From a bacterium (GTDB lineage Bacteria > Desulfobacterota > DSWW01): 64,000 nucleotides of DNA. The DNA is taken from NCBI GenBank assembly GCA_040756235.1, contig JBFLZG010000062.1:32001-96000 (forward strand). The letters run 5' to 3'. The translations under genes and the position numbers were made by a program. A model generated the notes under the pieces. That model had not been told where the DNA came from and made no database searches. It saw only the letters and a list, made by a program, of their open reading frames with translations. Positions 24,603 through 35,990 of the stretch are shown piece after piece (position 1 is the first letter of the stretch; the number at the start of each line of letters is the position of its first letter).

Positions 24603-25183
24603 ACCCTTACGACTTCGCCATTCAGATGAGTCTGGACGGCGAGAAGTTTTTCCGCGCCCTCATCAAGCAGGTGAAGAGACCCGGCCTGCGCAAGATCCTG
24701 GTCGTGCTCGCCGAGGACCAGGCGATCCACCGCCGCAATATTGAGAAGATGAAGAAGGCCGCAGGGCCGACCCCGCCAGACGCCAGGAATCTGGAGGGAG
24801 CCCTCAACCCGTTCGCCCAGCGGCTGAGATCGGGCCGCGCCGAAAGGGTGGACGAGAATCTTCCTGCCGCGGAGCTCTACCGGAGGGGGCAAGAGCTGGA
24901 CAAGGCATGTGAGGACTTCTACCGAAAGAGAGCGGCCGGGGCAAAAGACCTCCGGCTCAAGCAGGCATTCCTGGAGCTTGCCGAAGAACAGCGAAAACAT
25001 CACTTCAGTCTCGAGCACCTCATCAACTTCCTGTTGGAGCCGCAGCAGACGCTCGAGGATGCGGAGTGGCACGTCGCGGAACCGCCGGATATGACCTTCA
25101 CCGACCTGCAGATAGACAGCGGTTCGGGTCGGGCCCAGCCAGCCGAGGCCCGCAGCAAGACCTCTCAGCGAAAGAGAAGGTAA
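24599..25183 (+). CDS. Ferritin-like/rubrerythrin-family protein with substituted diiron ligands
   Basis: Duplicated helix pairs (FAIQMSLDGEKFF...LAEDQAIH; QELDKACEDFY...LAEEQRKH); overlaps ackA and por. Confidence 0.75.
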   Translation: MNPYDFAIQMSLDGEKFFRALIKQVKRPGLRKILVVLAEDQAIHRRNIEKMKKAAGPTPPDARNLEGALNPFAQRLRSGRAERVDENLPAAELYRRGQELDKACEDFYRKRAAGAKDLRLKQAFLELAEEQRKHHFSLEHLINFLLEPQQTLEDAEWHVAEPPDMTFTDLQIDSGSGRAQPAEARSKTSQRKRR

Positions 25184-28100
25184 TGGAAAGAAAGAAGATC
25201 ACTGTGGACGGATGCACTGCCTGTGCGCTCGTCGCCTACGCCACCAACGAGCTGATCACGATCTATCCCATCACCCCTTCGTCCCCCATGGCGGAGACCT
25301 GCGATTCGCTGGCAGCCGCGGGCAAGTTGAACCTCTGGGGGACCGTGCCGAATGTCTGCCAGATGCAGTCCGAGGCGGGCGCGGCCGGAGCGGTCCACGG
25401 CTCGCTGACCACAGGCGCCTTGACCACCACCTTTACGGCCTCGCAGGGGCTCCTGCTGATGATCCCGAACATGTACAAGATTGCCGGCGAGCTCACCCCC
25501 ACCGTCTTCCACGTGACCGCTCGAGCCCTTGCCGGCCAGGGGCTCTCCATCTTCGGCGACCACTCCGATGTCATGGCTGCGCGGGCGACCGGGTTCGCCT
25601 TGCTCTGCTCGAAGAGCGTCCAGGAGGCCATGGACTTCGCCCTCATCTCACAGTGCGCCACCCTGGAATCGCGGGTGCCGTTTCTCCACTTCTTCGACGG
25701 TTTCCGGACGTCCCACGAGGTGCAGAAGATCGAAGAGCTCATTGCCGACGACATGCGCATGATGATTCCCGAGGACCGGGTCCTGGCCCACCGCCGGCGC
25801 GGCCTGTCACCGGACCGGCCTGCCATCCGGGGCACTTCCCAGAACCCGGACGTGTACTTCCAGGGGAGAGAAACGGTCAACCGGTTCTACGAGGCCGTCC
25901 CGGAGGTTGTACAGAGGGCCATGGACAAATTCGCCGGTCTCGTGGGGAGGCAGTACCGGCTCTTCGATTATCACGGGGACCCGGAGGCGGAGCGGGTGAT
26001 CGTGATCATGGGATCGGCGGGCGACACGGTCGCCAAGACGGTGGACGCGCTGAGCGCACAGGGGGAAAGGCTGGGGCGGGTCCAGGTAAGGCTCTATCGG
26101 CCGTTCTCGCTGAGCGCCTTCCTCGAAGCCGTGCCGCGAAGCGTCAAGGCCATTGCCGTTCTCGATCGCACCAAGGAGCCGGGGGCGATCGGCGAGCCCC
26201 TCTACCTGGACGTACGCGCGGCTTTCGACGAGGGTCCGGCTCAGGGGATCACCGGATTCGCCGAGCGTCTGCAGATCGTCGGGGGACGATACGGACTGGG
26301 GTCCAAGGAGTTCACCCCCGCTATGGTCAAGGCCGTCTTCGAAAACCTCTCTCAGGCGAAGCCGAGGAATCATTTCACGATCGGCATTCACGACGACGTG
26401 ACCGGAACCAGCCTGCAGTTCGACGATTCCTTTCAGGTGGAAAGAAGGGACGTCTTCCGGGGACTGTTCTTCGGGCTCGGCTCCGACGGCACCGTGGGGG
26501 CCAACAAGAGCACCCTGAAGATCCTCGGCGCAGAAACGGACAACTTCGCCCAGGGGTATTTCGTCTACGACTCGAAAAAGTCCGGATCCCTGACCATCTC
26601 CCATGTCCGCTTCGGACCGCATGACTTGAACGATCCTTATCTGATCTCCTCGGCCAAGTTCATCGCCTGCCACAATCCTTCCTTCGTCGAAAAGTATGAT
26701 TTGCTGTCCTCCGCAGAGGAGGGAGCGGTGTTCCTGCTCACCACCCCGCACCCCAGAGAAACCGTCTGGGATACCCTGCCGGCAGAGGTCCAGGAACAGC
26801 TCATCTCGAAGAAGATGAGGTTCTACATCATCGATGCGATCTCCCTGGCTGAAGAAATCGGTCTCGGGTCGCGGATCAACATGATCATGCAGACCGCCTT
26901 CTTCGTCATTTCAGGGGTCCTGCCCAGGGATGCGGCGATCCGGGCCATCAAAGGGCAAATCCAAAAGACCTATGGCAAGAAAGGAGAGAAGCTCGTTCAG
27001 ATGAACAACGAGGCGGTAGACCGGGCCCTGCAGGGCATCGTCGAGGTGCCGGTACCGAAGGAAGTGACGAGCGCGAAGAAGAGGCGACCGGCGGTCCCCG
27101 GCGATGCGCCCGAGTTCGTCAGACAGGTGACGGCCAAGATCATCTCCGGTGAGGGAGATTCGGTGCCCGTATCCGCAGTACCCGAGGATGGCACCTGGCC
27201 GACCGGCACCACCCAGTACGAGAAGAGGAACATCGCCGTCCATATCCCGGTCTGGGAGCCGGACATCTGCATCCAGTGCGGCCAGTGCGCCTTCGTCTGT
27301 CCCCATGCCACCATCCGCATGAAGGCCTACGATCCGGCCTGCCTGAAAGGAGCCCCCCAAGATTTCCTGGCGGCCGATGCCAAGGGCAAGGAGCTGCAAG
27401 GGCTCAAGTTCACTGTCCAGGTCGCTCCCGAAGACTGCACCGGCTGTGCTTCATGCGTTTTTGTCTGCCCGGCAATGGGAAAGGACTCCGAGGGGAAGAA
27501 GATAGAAGGGTTCAAGGCCGTCAACATGCGGCTGCAGGAGCCGATCCGTGAACGGGAAGCCGAAAATTACCGCTTCTTCCTCGGGCTGCCCGAGACGGAC
27601 CCATCCCGGTACAATACTGCAACCGTCAAGGGGAGCCAGTTCGTACGCCCCCTTTTCGAATACAACGGGGCCTGTGCCGGCTGCGGAGAAACCCCCTACC
27701 TCAAGCTCCTGACCCAGCTCTTCGGAGACCGGCTCCTGATCGGCAATGCCACGGGGTGCACGTCCATCTACGGCGGAAATCTGCCCACCACTCCCTTCAC
27801 CAGGAGGGCGGACGGCCGCGGGCCTGCCTGGTCCAATTCGCTCTTTGAAGACGCCGCTGAATTCGCCTTTGGCATGAGGCTGGCGGTCGATGCCTTCCGC
27901 GGGCAGGCCATGGGGTTGCTCGACCGGCTCCGGGAGGACCCCTCCGGCGGCGAAGTCGGGGATCTTCTGGCGGCCATCTGCGGGGCGGATCTTGCGACAC
28001 CTCAGGCATTCGATAGCCAGCGCAGCAGGGTCGAGGAACTGAAGGAACGGCTCCGCCGTTCGGACTGGCTTTTGCGGGAGCAGCTTCTCTCCCTGGCTGA

Positions 28101-28782
28101 TTACCTGGTTCCGAAGTCCGTCTGGGCGGTAGGCGGGGACGGCTGGGCCTACGATATCGGTTACGGGGGAGTCGACCAGGTCCTGGCCTCGGGTAAGAAC
28201 ATCAACGTACTGGTGCTCGATACCGAAGTCTACTCCAACACCGGGGGACAGATGTCCAAGGCCACGCCTCTGGGGGCAGTAGCGAAGTTTGCCGCCAGCG
28301 GGAAGATGACCCCCAAGAAGTACATAGGGATGATCATGGCGACCTACGGAAACATTTACGTTGCCCAGATCGCCTTCGGCGCCAATCAGGCTCAGACGGT
28401 GAAAGCCTTCCTCGAGGCAGAGGCCTATGACGGCCCTTCCCTGGTCGTGGCCTATGCCACTTGCACGGGGCACGGCATCGACATGAGCAAGGGGATCGAG
28501 TGCCAGAGAAAGGCGGTGGCTTGCGGCCACTGGCCCCTCTACCGATACAACCCCGAGCTCAGGGCTCAAGGCAAGAACCCCCTGGTCATCGACAGCAAGG
28601 AGCCCTCGCTGCCCGTGGCCGAATATATCTACGGCGAGAATCGGTACCGGATGCTGCGCACGGCCAATCCCGACCTGGCGGGCCGTCTACTGAAGCATAC
28701 GGAGGAGGATGTGAAACGGCGCTGGGAATTCCTCAAACACGTAGCGGCGCGGTCCCACGGTCCTGCGGAGGGGGCCCCCTAG
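25183..28782 (+). CDS. nifJ: Pyruvate:ferredoxin/flavodoxin oxidoreductase (single chain)
   Basis: YPITPS, EAGAAG, GLGSDGTVGAN, CIQCGQCAFVCP, CTGCASCVFVCP, ACAGCGE and GGDGWAYDIG; start at ATG 25183 (TAATG overlap). Confidence 0.97.
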   Translation: MERKKITVDGCTACALVAYATNELITIYPITPSSPMAETCDSLAAAGKLNLWGTVPNVCQMQSEAGAAGAVHGSLTTGALTTTFTASQGLLLMIPNMYKIAGELTPTVFHVTARALAGQGLSIFGDHSDVMAARATGFALLCSKSVQEAMDFALISQCATLESRVPFLHFFDGFRTSHEVQKIEELIADDMRMMIPEDRVLAHRRRGLSPDRPAIRGTSQNPDVYFQGRETVNRFYEAVPEVVQRAMDKFAGLVGRQYRLFDYHGDPEAERVIVIMGSAGDTVAKTVDALSAQGERLGRVQVRLYRPFSLSAFLEAVPRSVKAIAVLDRTKEPGAIGEPLYLDVRAAFDEGPAQGITGFAERLQIVGGRYGLGSKEFTPAMVKAVFENLSQAKPRNHFTIGIHDDVTGTSLQFDDSFQVERRDVFRGLFFGLGSDGTVGANKSTLKILGAETDNFAQGYFVYDSKKSGSLTISHVRFGPHDLNDPYLISSAKFIACHNPSFVEKYDLLSSAEEGAVFLLTTPHPRETVWDTLPAEVQEQLISKKMRFYIIDAISLAEEIGLGSRINMIMQTAFFVISGVLPRDAAIRAIKGQIQKTYGKKGEKLVQMNNEAVDRALQGIVEVPVPKEVTSAKKRRPAVPGDAPEFVRQVTAKIISGEGDSVPVSAVPEDGTWPTGTTQYEKRNIAVHIPVWEPDICIQCGQCAFVCPHATIRMKAYDPACLKGAPQDFLAADAKGKELQGLKFTVQVAPEDCTGCASCVFVCPAMGKDSEGKKIEGFKAVNMRLQEPIREREAENYRFFLGLPETDPSRYNTATVKGSQFVRPLFEYNGACAGCGETPYLKLLTQLFGDRLLIGNATGCTSIYGGNLPTTPFTRRADGRGPAWSNSLFEDAAEFAFGMRLAVDAFRGQAMGLLDRLREDPSGGEVGDLLAAICGADLATPQAFDSQRSRVEELKERLRRSDWLLREQLLSLADYLVPKSVWAVGGDGWAYDIGYGGVDQVLASGKNINVLVLDTEVYSNTGGQMSKATPLGAVAKFAASGKMTPKKYIGMIMATYGNIYVAQIAFGANQAQTVKAFLEAEAYDGPSLVVAYATCTGHGIDMSKGIECQRKAVACGHWPLYRYNPELRAQGKNPLVIDSKEPSLPVAEYIYGENRYRMLRTANPDLAGRLLKHTEEDVKRRWEFLKHVAARSHGPAEGAP

Positions 28783-29062
28783 GAGCCTGTCCAAGATTTA
28801 GGCTCCGGGAGGCTGTTCAGAAATGTCCAGATGCAAGGCGCGCGACAATTCCGCAGGACAGCGGAATTGGACGCATCATCCGCCAGGATGATGCGCGCCC
28901 GCAGGGCGAGGGCCATGGACGGCCCGAGTCAAATCCTGAGGAATGAGGCGTACATGGGAGTACGCCGCAATGACCCCGGCTTTCGCCGGGGCAGGCTGCC
29001 CTAGGACCTCCACGCCGCATAAGCGCAACGCTGCAGATGGGCATTTATGGACAGCCTCCTAG
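28779..29062. mobile_element. MITE-like non-autonomous structured repeat, copy 1
   Basis: Imperfect 28-bp terminal inverted repeats (GGAGGCTGTTCAGAAATGTCCAGATGCA at 28808 vs TGCAGATGGGCATTTATGGACAGCCTCC ending 29059), CTAG on both outer flanks, several internal hairpins, and shared sequence with 51994-52137. Confidence 0.75.
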
Positions 29063-29109
29063 TCGGGTGCCGGGGGTGGGGACATCTGCAGGGAGTGGCA
29101 GCGCGTTGA

Positions 29110-30822
<1,713 letters not shown>

Positions 30823-31303
30823 GCGGCCGACACATACGGGGTCGTGGCAAAGGGTCTTCCGACCCATGACGGAAAGCTCAGTTACACCCTGGGTCAGGAG
30901 AGGCCCGACACCCTGAGGCTGATCCTCGCAGGCGACGTTGTCCTGCCCCCGGACGCATCGTTGTCAAAGCGCCACTGCCGCGGCCCCTGATTCAGGTCTC
31001 GGTAAAGGACAGGAGGAAGGATGCGGTATTGATGGAATCGCGTCGTTGGATCCTGTTCCGAGGGCAGCATTGCGAGATTTGCAGGGGCTGACGTCGGTAT
31101 GTGTCTCACCGCTTCGCTCCGTGTGGGGAGCGAGCGATGGGTGGGGCATGCGATGCGATGCCCGGTAACGGCGGCGTGTGGCGAGTGGCCCACAAGATCG
31201 GCAGGACTGTCCGCTCCCTCACGGGGATGGCATGTTGACCTGAGGTCGATATGGCGACTTCTTCAGGGTCGGCTTGGGCTTTCACAGACCGGCCCCTGCT
31301 CCT

Positions 31304-31371
31304 TAAACACTTGATTCTGGGCGCTTAGTCTGCCACCGCCGAGAAGGCGGGAGTCTGGCATCAACATCGCA
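31304..31371 (+). promoter_or_regulatory. Candidate sigma-54 promoter (31356-31371) with upstream IHF consensus site (31304-31316)
   Basis: TGGCATCAACATCGCA lies 28 nt before ATG 31400; the reverse complement of 31304-31316 is AATCAAGTGTTTA, matching WATCAANNNNTTR. Confidence 0.65.
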
Positions 31372-31399
31372 GAAGCACGCGGAATCATCGGAGGCAAAG

Positions 31400-32689
31400 A
31401 TGAAGAGATACCGTCCAGCCATCTGCGCGGCCGTGGGAGGGATCCTGCTGCTTGCTCTTCATTCTGCGGGCTGCAGGGAGAAATGGGACACAACCCAAAA
31501 CCCCGTGCGAGACGAGGAGTTGGAGTCGGCATTCTTCTCGGGGCTGAACAGCATCGACATCCCTGAGCTCGCCGAGCCGACGCGCCTGCGTCCCTGCTGC
31601 ATCTTCGGCAATGATGTGAGCGTCAGCGTGGGCTCCATTCCGGTGCCGGGGTACGAGGTCCGCAACGTCCTCGATGTGGAGGACCTCGGGACCCACACCT
31701 ACAACAACGGCACGTTGTCCCTGCAACGCCCCGAACAGGGTCCGGGCGTGGTCACGGATGAGGCCTCGGGCATTCTCTACACCTGTCGCGGCGGCTTCAT
31801 CGACATCGCCCACGTGCGTGACAACGCCGACCGCACGTTCTACCTCGCGGCACGAATCGGACGGCTGGCCGCGACCGGTGGAATGGTTCCCGTCGCCAGG
31901 GAGGGCGCCGAGCGCCGCCTCGTGGTGCATCCGGTCGATGCGAGCCTCGTGCGCGCCTATGGCATACGGGAAGTCGTCATCGGTCTCGCCGAGTGGATCG
32001 ATTTTCAGCTTTCGATCTGGCATGAGATTGCGACCTGGTACCGATGGTCGGCGACCGCGTTCCCCGAGCAGGCGTCCGCTTTCTCACCGGAGGACCTGTA
32101 CTCCAATCTCCTGGGGGCGAAGATCGCGGGGCAAGTCGTACGGCGTCACGGCGCCGCCAGCGAGGAGGACTACAATCGGAACGTCACCGCCATTCTCAGG
32201 GACGCGTTGACGAAGCTCGGCGCCATGCCGGCCGATGCGAGCCGCTTCGCGTTCCGGTACCTCGACGGGATCTGGTGGGACTCCGATAAGCGGGCTCCCG
32301 ACAACCTGCTGGTGACCCACCGCAACTTCCACATCAGACCCACACTGTACCCGTGGAAACTCGTGGATGCCCTGCCTTCGGACGAGCTGCTGGCTGCGGC
32401 CAGGGAGTACGAACAGACGTGCGGAGGCGACTGGACCCCCCTGGGCCTGAACGTTCCGGAGCGCCTGGGTGGCGTTCCGTTCCGCCGCATGGCGACGATC
32501 GAGATCCGCCCGGGAGAGGAGCTCGTGCGGAACGGGTTCCGTCTTCCGAAGGCGGGGAAGGGCGTTGTGACGCAGGACGACTTCCCGGCCATCATCCAAG
32601 CGATCCAGCGCGCATGCGAGAAGGAGCTGGGCGCGGGAGCGTGCCTCCCGGGCGCACGGCCAGACGAGTCTTCCAGATTGCGAGGGTGA
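31400..32689 (+). CDS. DUF4056-family lipoprotein
   Basis: Lipobox SAGC; LRPCCIFG, YTCRGGFIDIAHVRD, WHEIA and SAFSPEDLYSNLLG. Confidence 0.85.
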   Translation: MKRYRPAICAAVGGILLLALHSAGCREKWDTTQNPVRDEELESAFFSGLNSIDIPELAEPTRLRPCCIFGNDVSVSVGSIPVPGYEVRNVLDVEDLGTHTYNNGTLSLQRPEQGPGVVTDEASGILYTCRGGFIDIAHVRDNADRTFYLAARIGRLAATGGMVPVAREGAERRLVVHPVDASLVRAYGIREVVIGLAEWIDFQLSIWHEIATWYRWSATAFPEQASAFSPEDLYSNLLGAKIAGQVVRRHGAASEEDYNRNVTAILRDALTKLGAMPADASRFAFRYLDGIWWDSDKRAPDNLLVTHRNFHIRPTLYPWKLVDALPSDELLAAAREYEQTCGGDWTPLGLNVPERLGGVPFRRMATIEIRPGEELVRNGFRLPKAGKGVVTQDDFPAIIQAIQRACEKELGAGACLPGARPDESSRLRG

Positions 32690-32708
32690 CAAACAAAAGG
32701 AGGGGACC

Positions 32709-33752
32709 ATGCGGCGCGTATCTTTAAGCATTGTGATCTCTACGTGGGTGGCCGTGAGCGCGATGGCTGCCTGTGTCGCTCTGTGCGCCTCCTTCGCACG
32801 AGCGACAGCGCTTCCGACCTTGGAAGAGCTGATGAGCGAGTTCGGCTTCAGTAAAGAAGACGTGCAGCGCGTGCGCAACGGGGAGCTGGTGAAGACGACG
32901 ACCCAGGAGACTTCCGAACGGGAGCTCGCCGCGGTCATGGTGTTTCTCGTCAAGGCGCCGCCGCAGAAGCTGGTGTCCTTCTTCGAGGTCGGCAAAGGCT
33001 TCCGCAGTGATCCGCAGGTGCAGTCCGCCATCGAGATCAGCGGAGAGGGTACGCCCGAGGACTTCAAGGAGGTCGTGCTCCAGCCAGGAGGGGAAAAAGA
33101 GACGAAGCGGTATCTCGACGCCGGGCCGAGCGAGACCTTGAATCTCTCGGCGCCCGAGATTGCCGCCTTTCAGGCCCTCAACGGCACGGGCGCTGCCGGG
33201 CAGACCCAGGTTGAAGAAACGCTGCGAGGTCTTCTGCTGGCGCGCTACAAGGAATATCGTGCAAAGGGGTTGGCGGGCATCGCGTCGTACGCCCGTGGCA
33301 AGGACAAGCAATCGCAACCAGCGGACGACCTCCGGCGCAGCACCGAAGCCGCAAAAGGAATCAAGAAATACACGCCGGCCTTTTACGATGTCCTGTTGAA
33401 CTATCCGCAGGCCAAGCCCGCAGGGCTCAGCGAACGCTTCTTCTGCATCCACTATGCGATGAGCGGGCGGCCGAACTTCACGCTGCGCCATCGGCTCGCC
33501 ATGCCCGTTGAAAATGGCTATGTGCTTGCCGATCGAGAATTCTACGTGAGCCACCAATACAATGATACCCAGGCCATCGCTGCGCTCTTTCCGGTCGAAA
33601 GCGGAACGGTCGTTGCTTATCTCGACCGCACGGTCACCGACCAGCTCGGGGGCTTCGGCGCCTCGGCCAAGCAGTCCATCGGGCGCACGATGATGGCGAA
33701 CCAGATCAGCGAGATCTTCGAGAAGAGCCGTGCCGGGTTCCCGAGTCCGTGA
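32709..33752 (+). CDS. Secreted hypothetical protein
   Basis: RBS, signal-peptide-like N-terminus, 347 aa with normal composition; no motif recognised. Confidence 0.75.
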   Translation: MRRVSLSIVISTWVAVSAMAACVALCASFARATALPTLEELMSEFGFSKEDVQRVRNGELVKTTTQETSERELAAVMVFLVKAPPQKLVSFFEVGKGFRSDPQVQSAIEISGEGTPEDFKEVVLQPGGEKETKRYLDAGPSETLNLSAPEIAAFQALNGTGAAGQTQVEETLRGLLLARYKEYRAKGLAGIASYARGKDKQSQPADDLRRSTEAAKGIKKYTPAFYDVLLNYPQAKPAGLSERFFCIHYAMSGRPNFTLRHRLAMPVENGYVLADREFYVSHQYNDTQAIAALFPVESGTVVAYLDRTVTDQLGGFGASAKQSIGRTMMANQISEIFEKSRAGFPSP

Positions 33753-33813
33753 GGGGTCACTCGGGGAAATCTGTCGCAGGAGCCGCAGCGGGCTGTCGAG
33801 GGAGAACTGACGC

Positions 33814-34215
33814 ATGACCAGGAAGGTCGACTACCTCGTTATCAGTATCCATGAGTTCTTGAAAATCAAACCCTCCGGCGAATACGATCGAGTGGAAACG
33901 CGACAACTTCTCGACAGGCTGGCAGAGCTCATCGCATCGTCTGATTACGGCGGAATCCTGTTCGATGTAAGAGAACTTTACCCGACTGTGCGTTTGACGG
34001 TCCTGGACATCTACGAATTCGTGCAAGGGCTGGTCGGGCGCCGGACCGGGGTGACCAACAAAGTTGCGGTCTTAACCAGAAGGGACTTCCAGTTCGATAG
34101 TGCACAGTTCTTCGAGATCTGTGCCAAGAACAGAGGCTTCCAGGCCGAGGCTTTTACCGATTTCGAAGCGGCCATCGACTGGTTTTCCGTGACCAGAGAC
34201 CTTGGAGCGTCCTGA
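33814..34215 (+). CDS. Hypothetical protein, SpoIIAA/STAS-like
   Basis: ILFDVRE...KVAVL...FFEICAKNRGF...FTDFEAAIDW pattern. Confidence 0.7.
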   Translation: MTRKVDYLVISIHEFLKIKPSGEYDRVETRQLLDRLAELIASSDYGGILFDVRELYPTVRLTVLDIYEFVQGLVGRRTGVTNKVAVLTRRDFQFDSAQFFEICAKNRGFQAEAFTDFEAAIDWFSVTRDLGAS

Positions 34216-34351
34216 TTTGCCGCCCATGGTTTTCGCTTGCCGGCTTGCGGAAGCTGCGGAAACGGAGGGTTGAGGGACCGGAGGGGCACGAAGCCAGGGT
34301 CATGAGCAGGCAATCGCCTGACCTCGGGTCGGCGGAGCGCGTGGAGCTGAC

Positions 34352-34574
34352 GGCGTGGTCCGGGGAGTCGGCTTCCGGCCGTTCGTGTACAACCTCGCCC
34401 GGAGCAGCGGCTCACGGCTGAGCTCCGTGAACCGTAGGAATCGTGGGCCGGCGCAGCCCGGAGTCACCCCGGCCTTTTACGATGTCCTGCTATCCGCAGG
34501 CCAAGCCCGCGGATCGGATTACGCTGTCGAAGGAGCTGGGTCATGACCCGGAAGGTGGAATACCCGGTTATCAG
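34352..34574 (+). pseudogene. Mosaic of gene fragments: hypF-like N-terminal motif plus degraded copies of parts of the two upstream genes
   Basis: 34352-34402 encodes GVVRGVGFRPFVYNLAR; 34465-34510 copies 33371-33421 with a 5-nt deletion; 34523-34574 resembles 33792-33845. Confidence 0.7.
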
Positions 34575-34871
34575 CGACCTCCACGGCTCCATGTCTCGGT
34601 CAACTCCTTGGCCCTCCCGAGAAGCTCCTCCCAGTCGCAGCCTGTGAGAGCTCCTTTCGCAGTGCCGCGGTCTTCCATGTCCCCGCGTACCACCACAACA
34701 TTTCAACCGCCAGCCTTGGACTCCCAGCGCCTGCCAGAAAGGAAAAGACCCCGACAGATGGCAAGAAACCTGACAGAGCGCCTTCGGATCCTGGAGGTGC
34801 GCTCCCGGGGCATGTTCAGATATCGCCGTCTTTCTTAAGACTTCGATCCACACGATCCGGAGGTGTCTTTT

Positions 34872-34887
34872 TGGCATCCATCTTGCT
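34872..34887 (+). promoter_or_regulatory. Candidate sigma-54 promoter
   Basis: TGGCATCCATCTTGCT is a close consensus match, about 260 nt upstream of the 35151 start. Confidence 0.55.
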
Positions 34888-35150
34888 CCGCAACTGGTTT
34901 CACCTCAGATCATCGAGAGGTCGGTGCAATGGCAAGCATCAGCAGGTCGGGTCAGGAGGAATACCCACCGGGTCAAAGCGAACACCCGCTGTTTCAGGAA
35001 TGGGAACTCTGCCGTGGAGCTTATTGAAGATGGGGTGGTGACAAGCCATCTGACAAGGCATTGTCATTCCGGCTCCAGCAAAACCGTTGGCGACGGCCAG
35101 CCAAGGTTCAGCCAAGATCCATGCGCTTCCGTGAACGAGAGGGAATCACC

Positions 35151-35990
35151 GTGTTGCGCCGAAATCTCATTCCCTTTTGGCTCGGCATCCTGGCGCTCTC
35201 CGGGATGTTCCTGATGGGCCAGGAGAGTTGGCCTCCACAGGAGTGCATCGACAATGACGGCGACGGTTACGGCACCCCAGCCTCTACGGGGTGCCTACCT
35301 CCGCAAGCGGACTGGAATGACGCGATGGCAGACGTATACCCCGGCGCGCCGGAGCTATGCGACGGGATCGACAACCAATGTCCGGGAAACTCTGGGTACG
35401 GGGAAGCGGATGAGGGCACATCGTGTGACGATGCCGGTCGGTGCATAAACGGTATCCATATAGATGATGTTCTTGTACACGTTCCTACAGATTGCGACGA
35501 TGCCGATCCTTGCACAAAGGATGCCTATTCAGATGGTGTTTGTGTACACGTTCCCGTGGATTGTGGCGATGCCGATCCCTGCACAAACGATGCCTGTTTC
35601 GAGGGTGTTTGTGCACACGCTCCTGTAGATTGTGATGACGCCGATCCGTGCACGAACGATGCCTGTTTAGGTGGTGTTTGTTTTAGCGCTTTTGCAGATT
35701 GTGAAGATGACGACCCGGATACTTTCGAATACTGTGATCCAGCTACCGGCTTTTGCAGAAACGCTCCCATAAACTGCGATGATGAGGATCCGTGCACACA
35801 TGACGCGTATGTAGATGGTTTGTGTGTGCATGCTCTTGTCGATTGCGACGATGCCGATCCATGCACCACCAACCTCTGTTCAGACGGCCTTTGTGTGGAC
35901 ACTTTTGCAGATTGTGACGATGGCGATCCATGCACCACCGACTTCTGTTTAGAAGGTTCTTGTCTTCATCAAGATATTTGCGGGGTATGA
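35151..35990 (+). CDS. Secreted Cys/Asp-rich repeat protein (MopE-like metal-binding motif plus seven CTDC-type repeats)
   Basis: GTG start after GAGGGA; hydrophobic leader ending MFLMGQE; DNDGDGYG...YPGAPELCDGIDNQC; then CDDADPCTxDxCxxGxCxHxxxD repeats. Confidence 0.8.
   Translation: MLRRNLIPFWLGILALSGMFLMGQESWPPQECIDNDGDGYGTPASTGCLPPQADWNDAMADVYPGAPELCDGIDNQCPGNSGYGEADEGTSCDDAGRCINGIHIDDVLVHVPTDCDDADPCTKDAYSDGVCVHVPVDCGDADPCTNDACFEGVCAHAPVDCDDADPCTNDACLGGVCFSAFADCEDDDPDTFEYCDPATGFCRNAPINCDDEDPCTHDAYVDGLCVHALVDCDDADPCTTNLCSDGLCVDTFADCDDGDPCTTDFCLEGSCLHQDICGV
35493..35981 (+). repeat. Seven tandem ~69-nt coding repeats
   Basis: Recurring GATTG(C/T)GA(C/T)GATGCCGATCC units with a 23-aa period (one unit is 25 aa). 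Confidence 0.9.

Noticed and set aside
30830..31300. Intergenic region after pgi with short ORFs
   Set aside because: No recognisable protein motif, RNA gene or convincing repeat was found by eye.
35493..35981. Possible CRISPR array (~69-nt period)
   Set aside because: Units are in-frame coding repeats with synonymous variation and similar 'spacers'; no cas genes are present.
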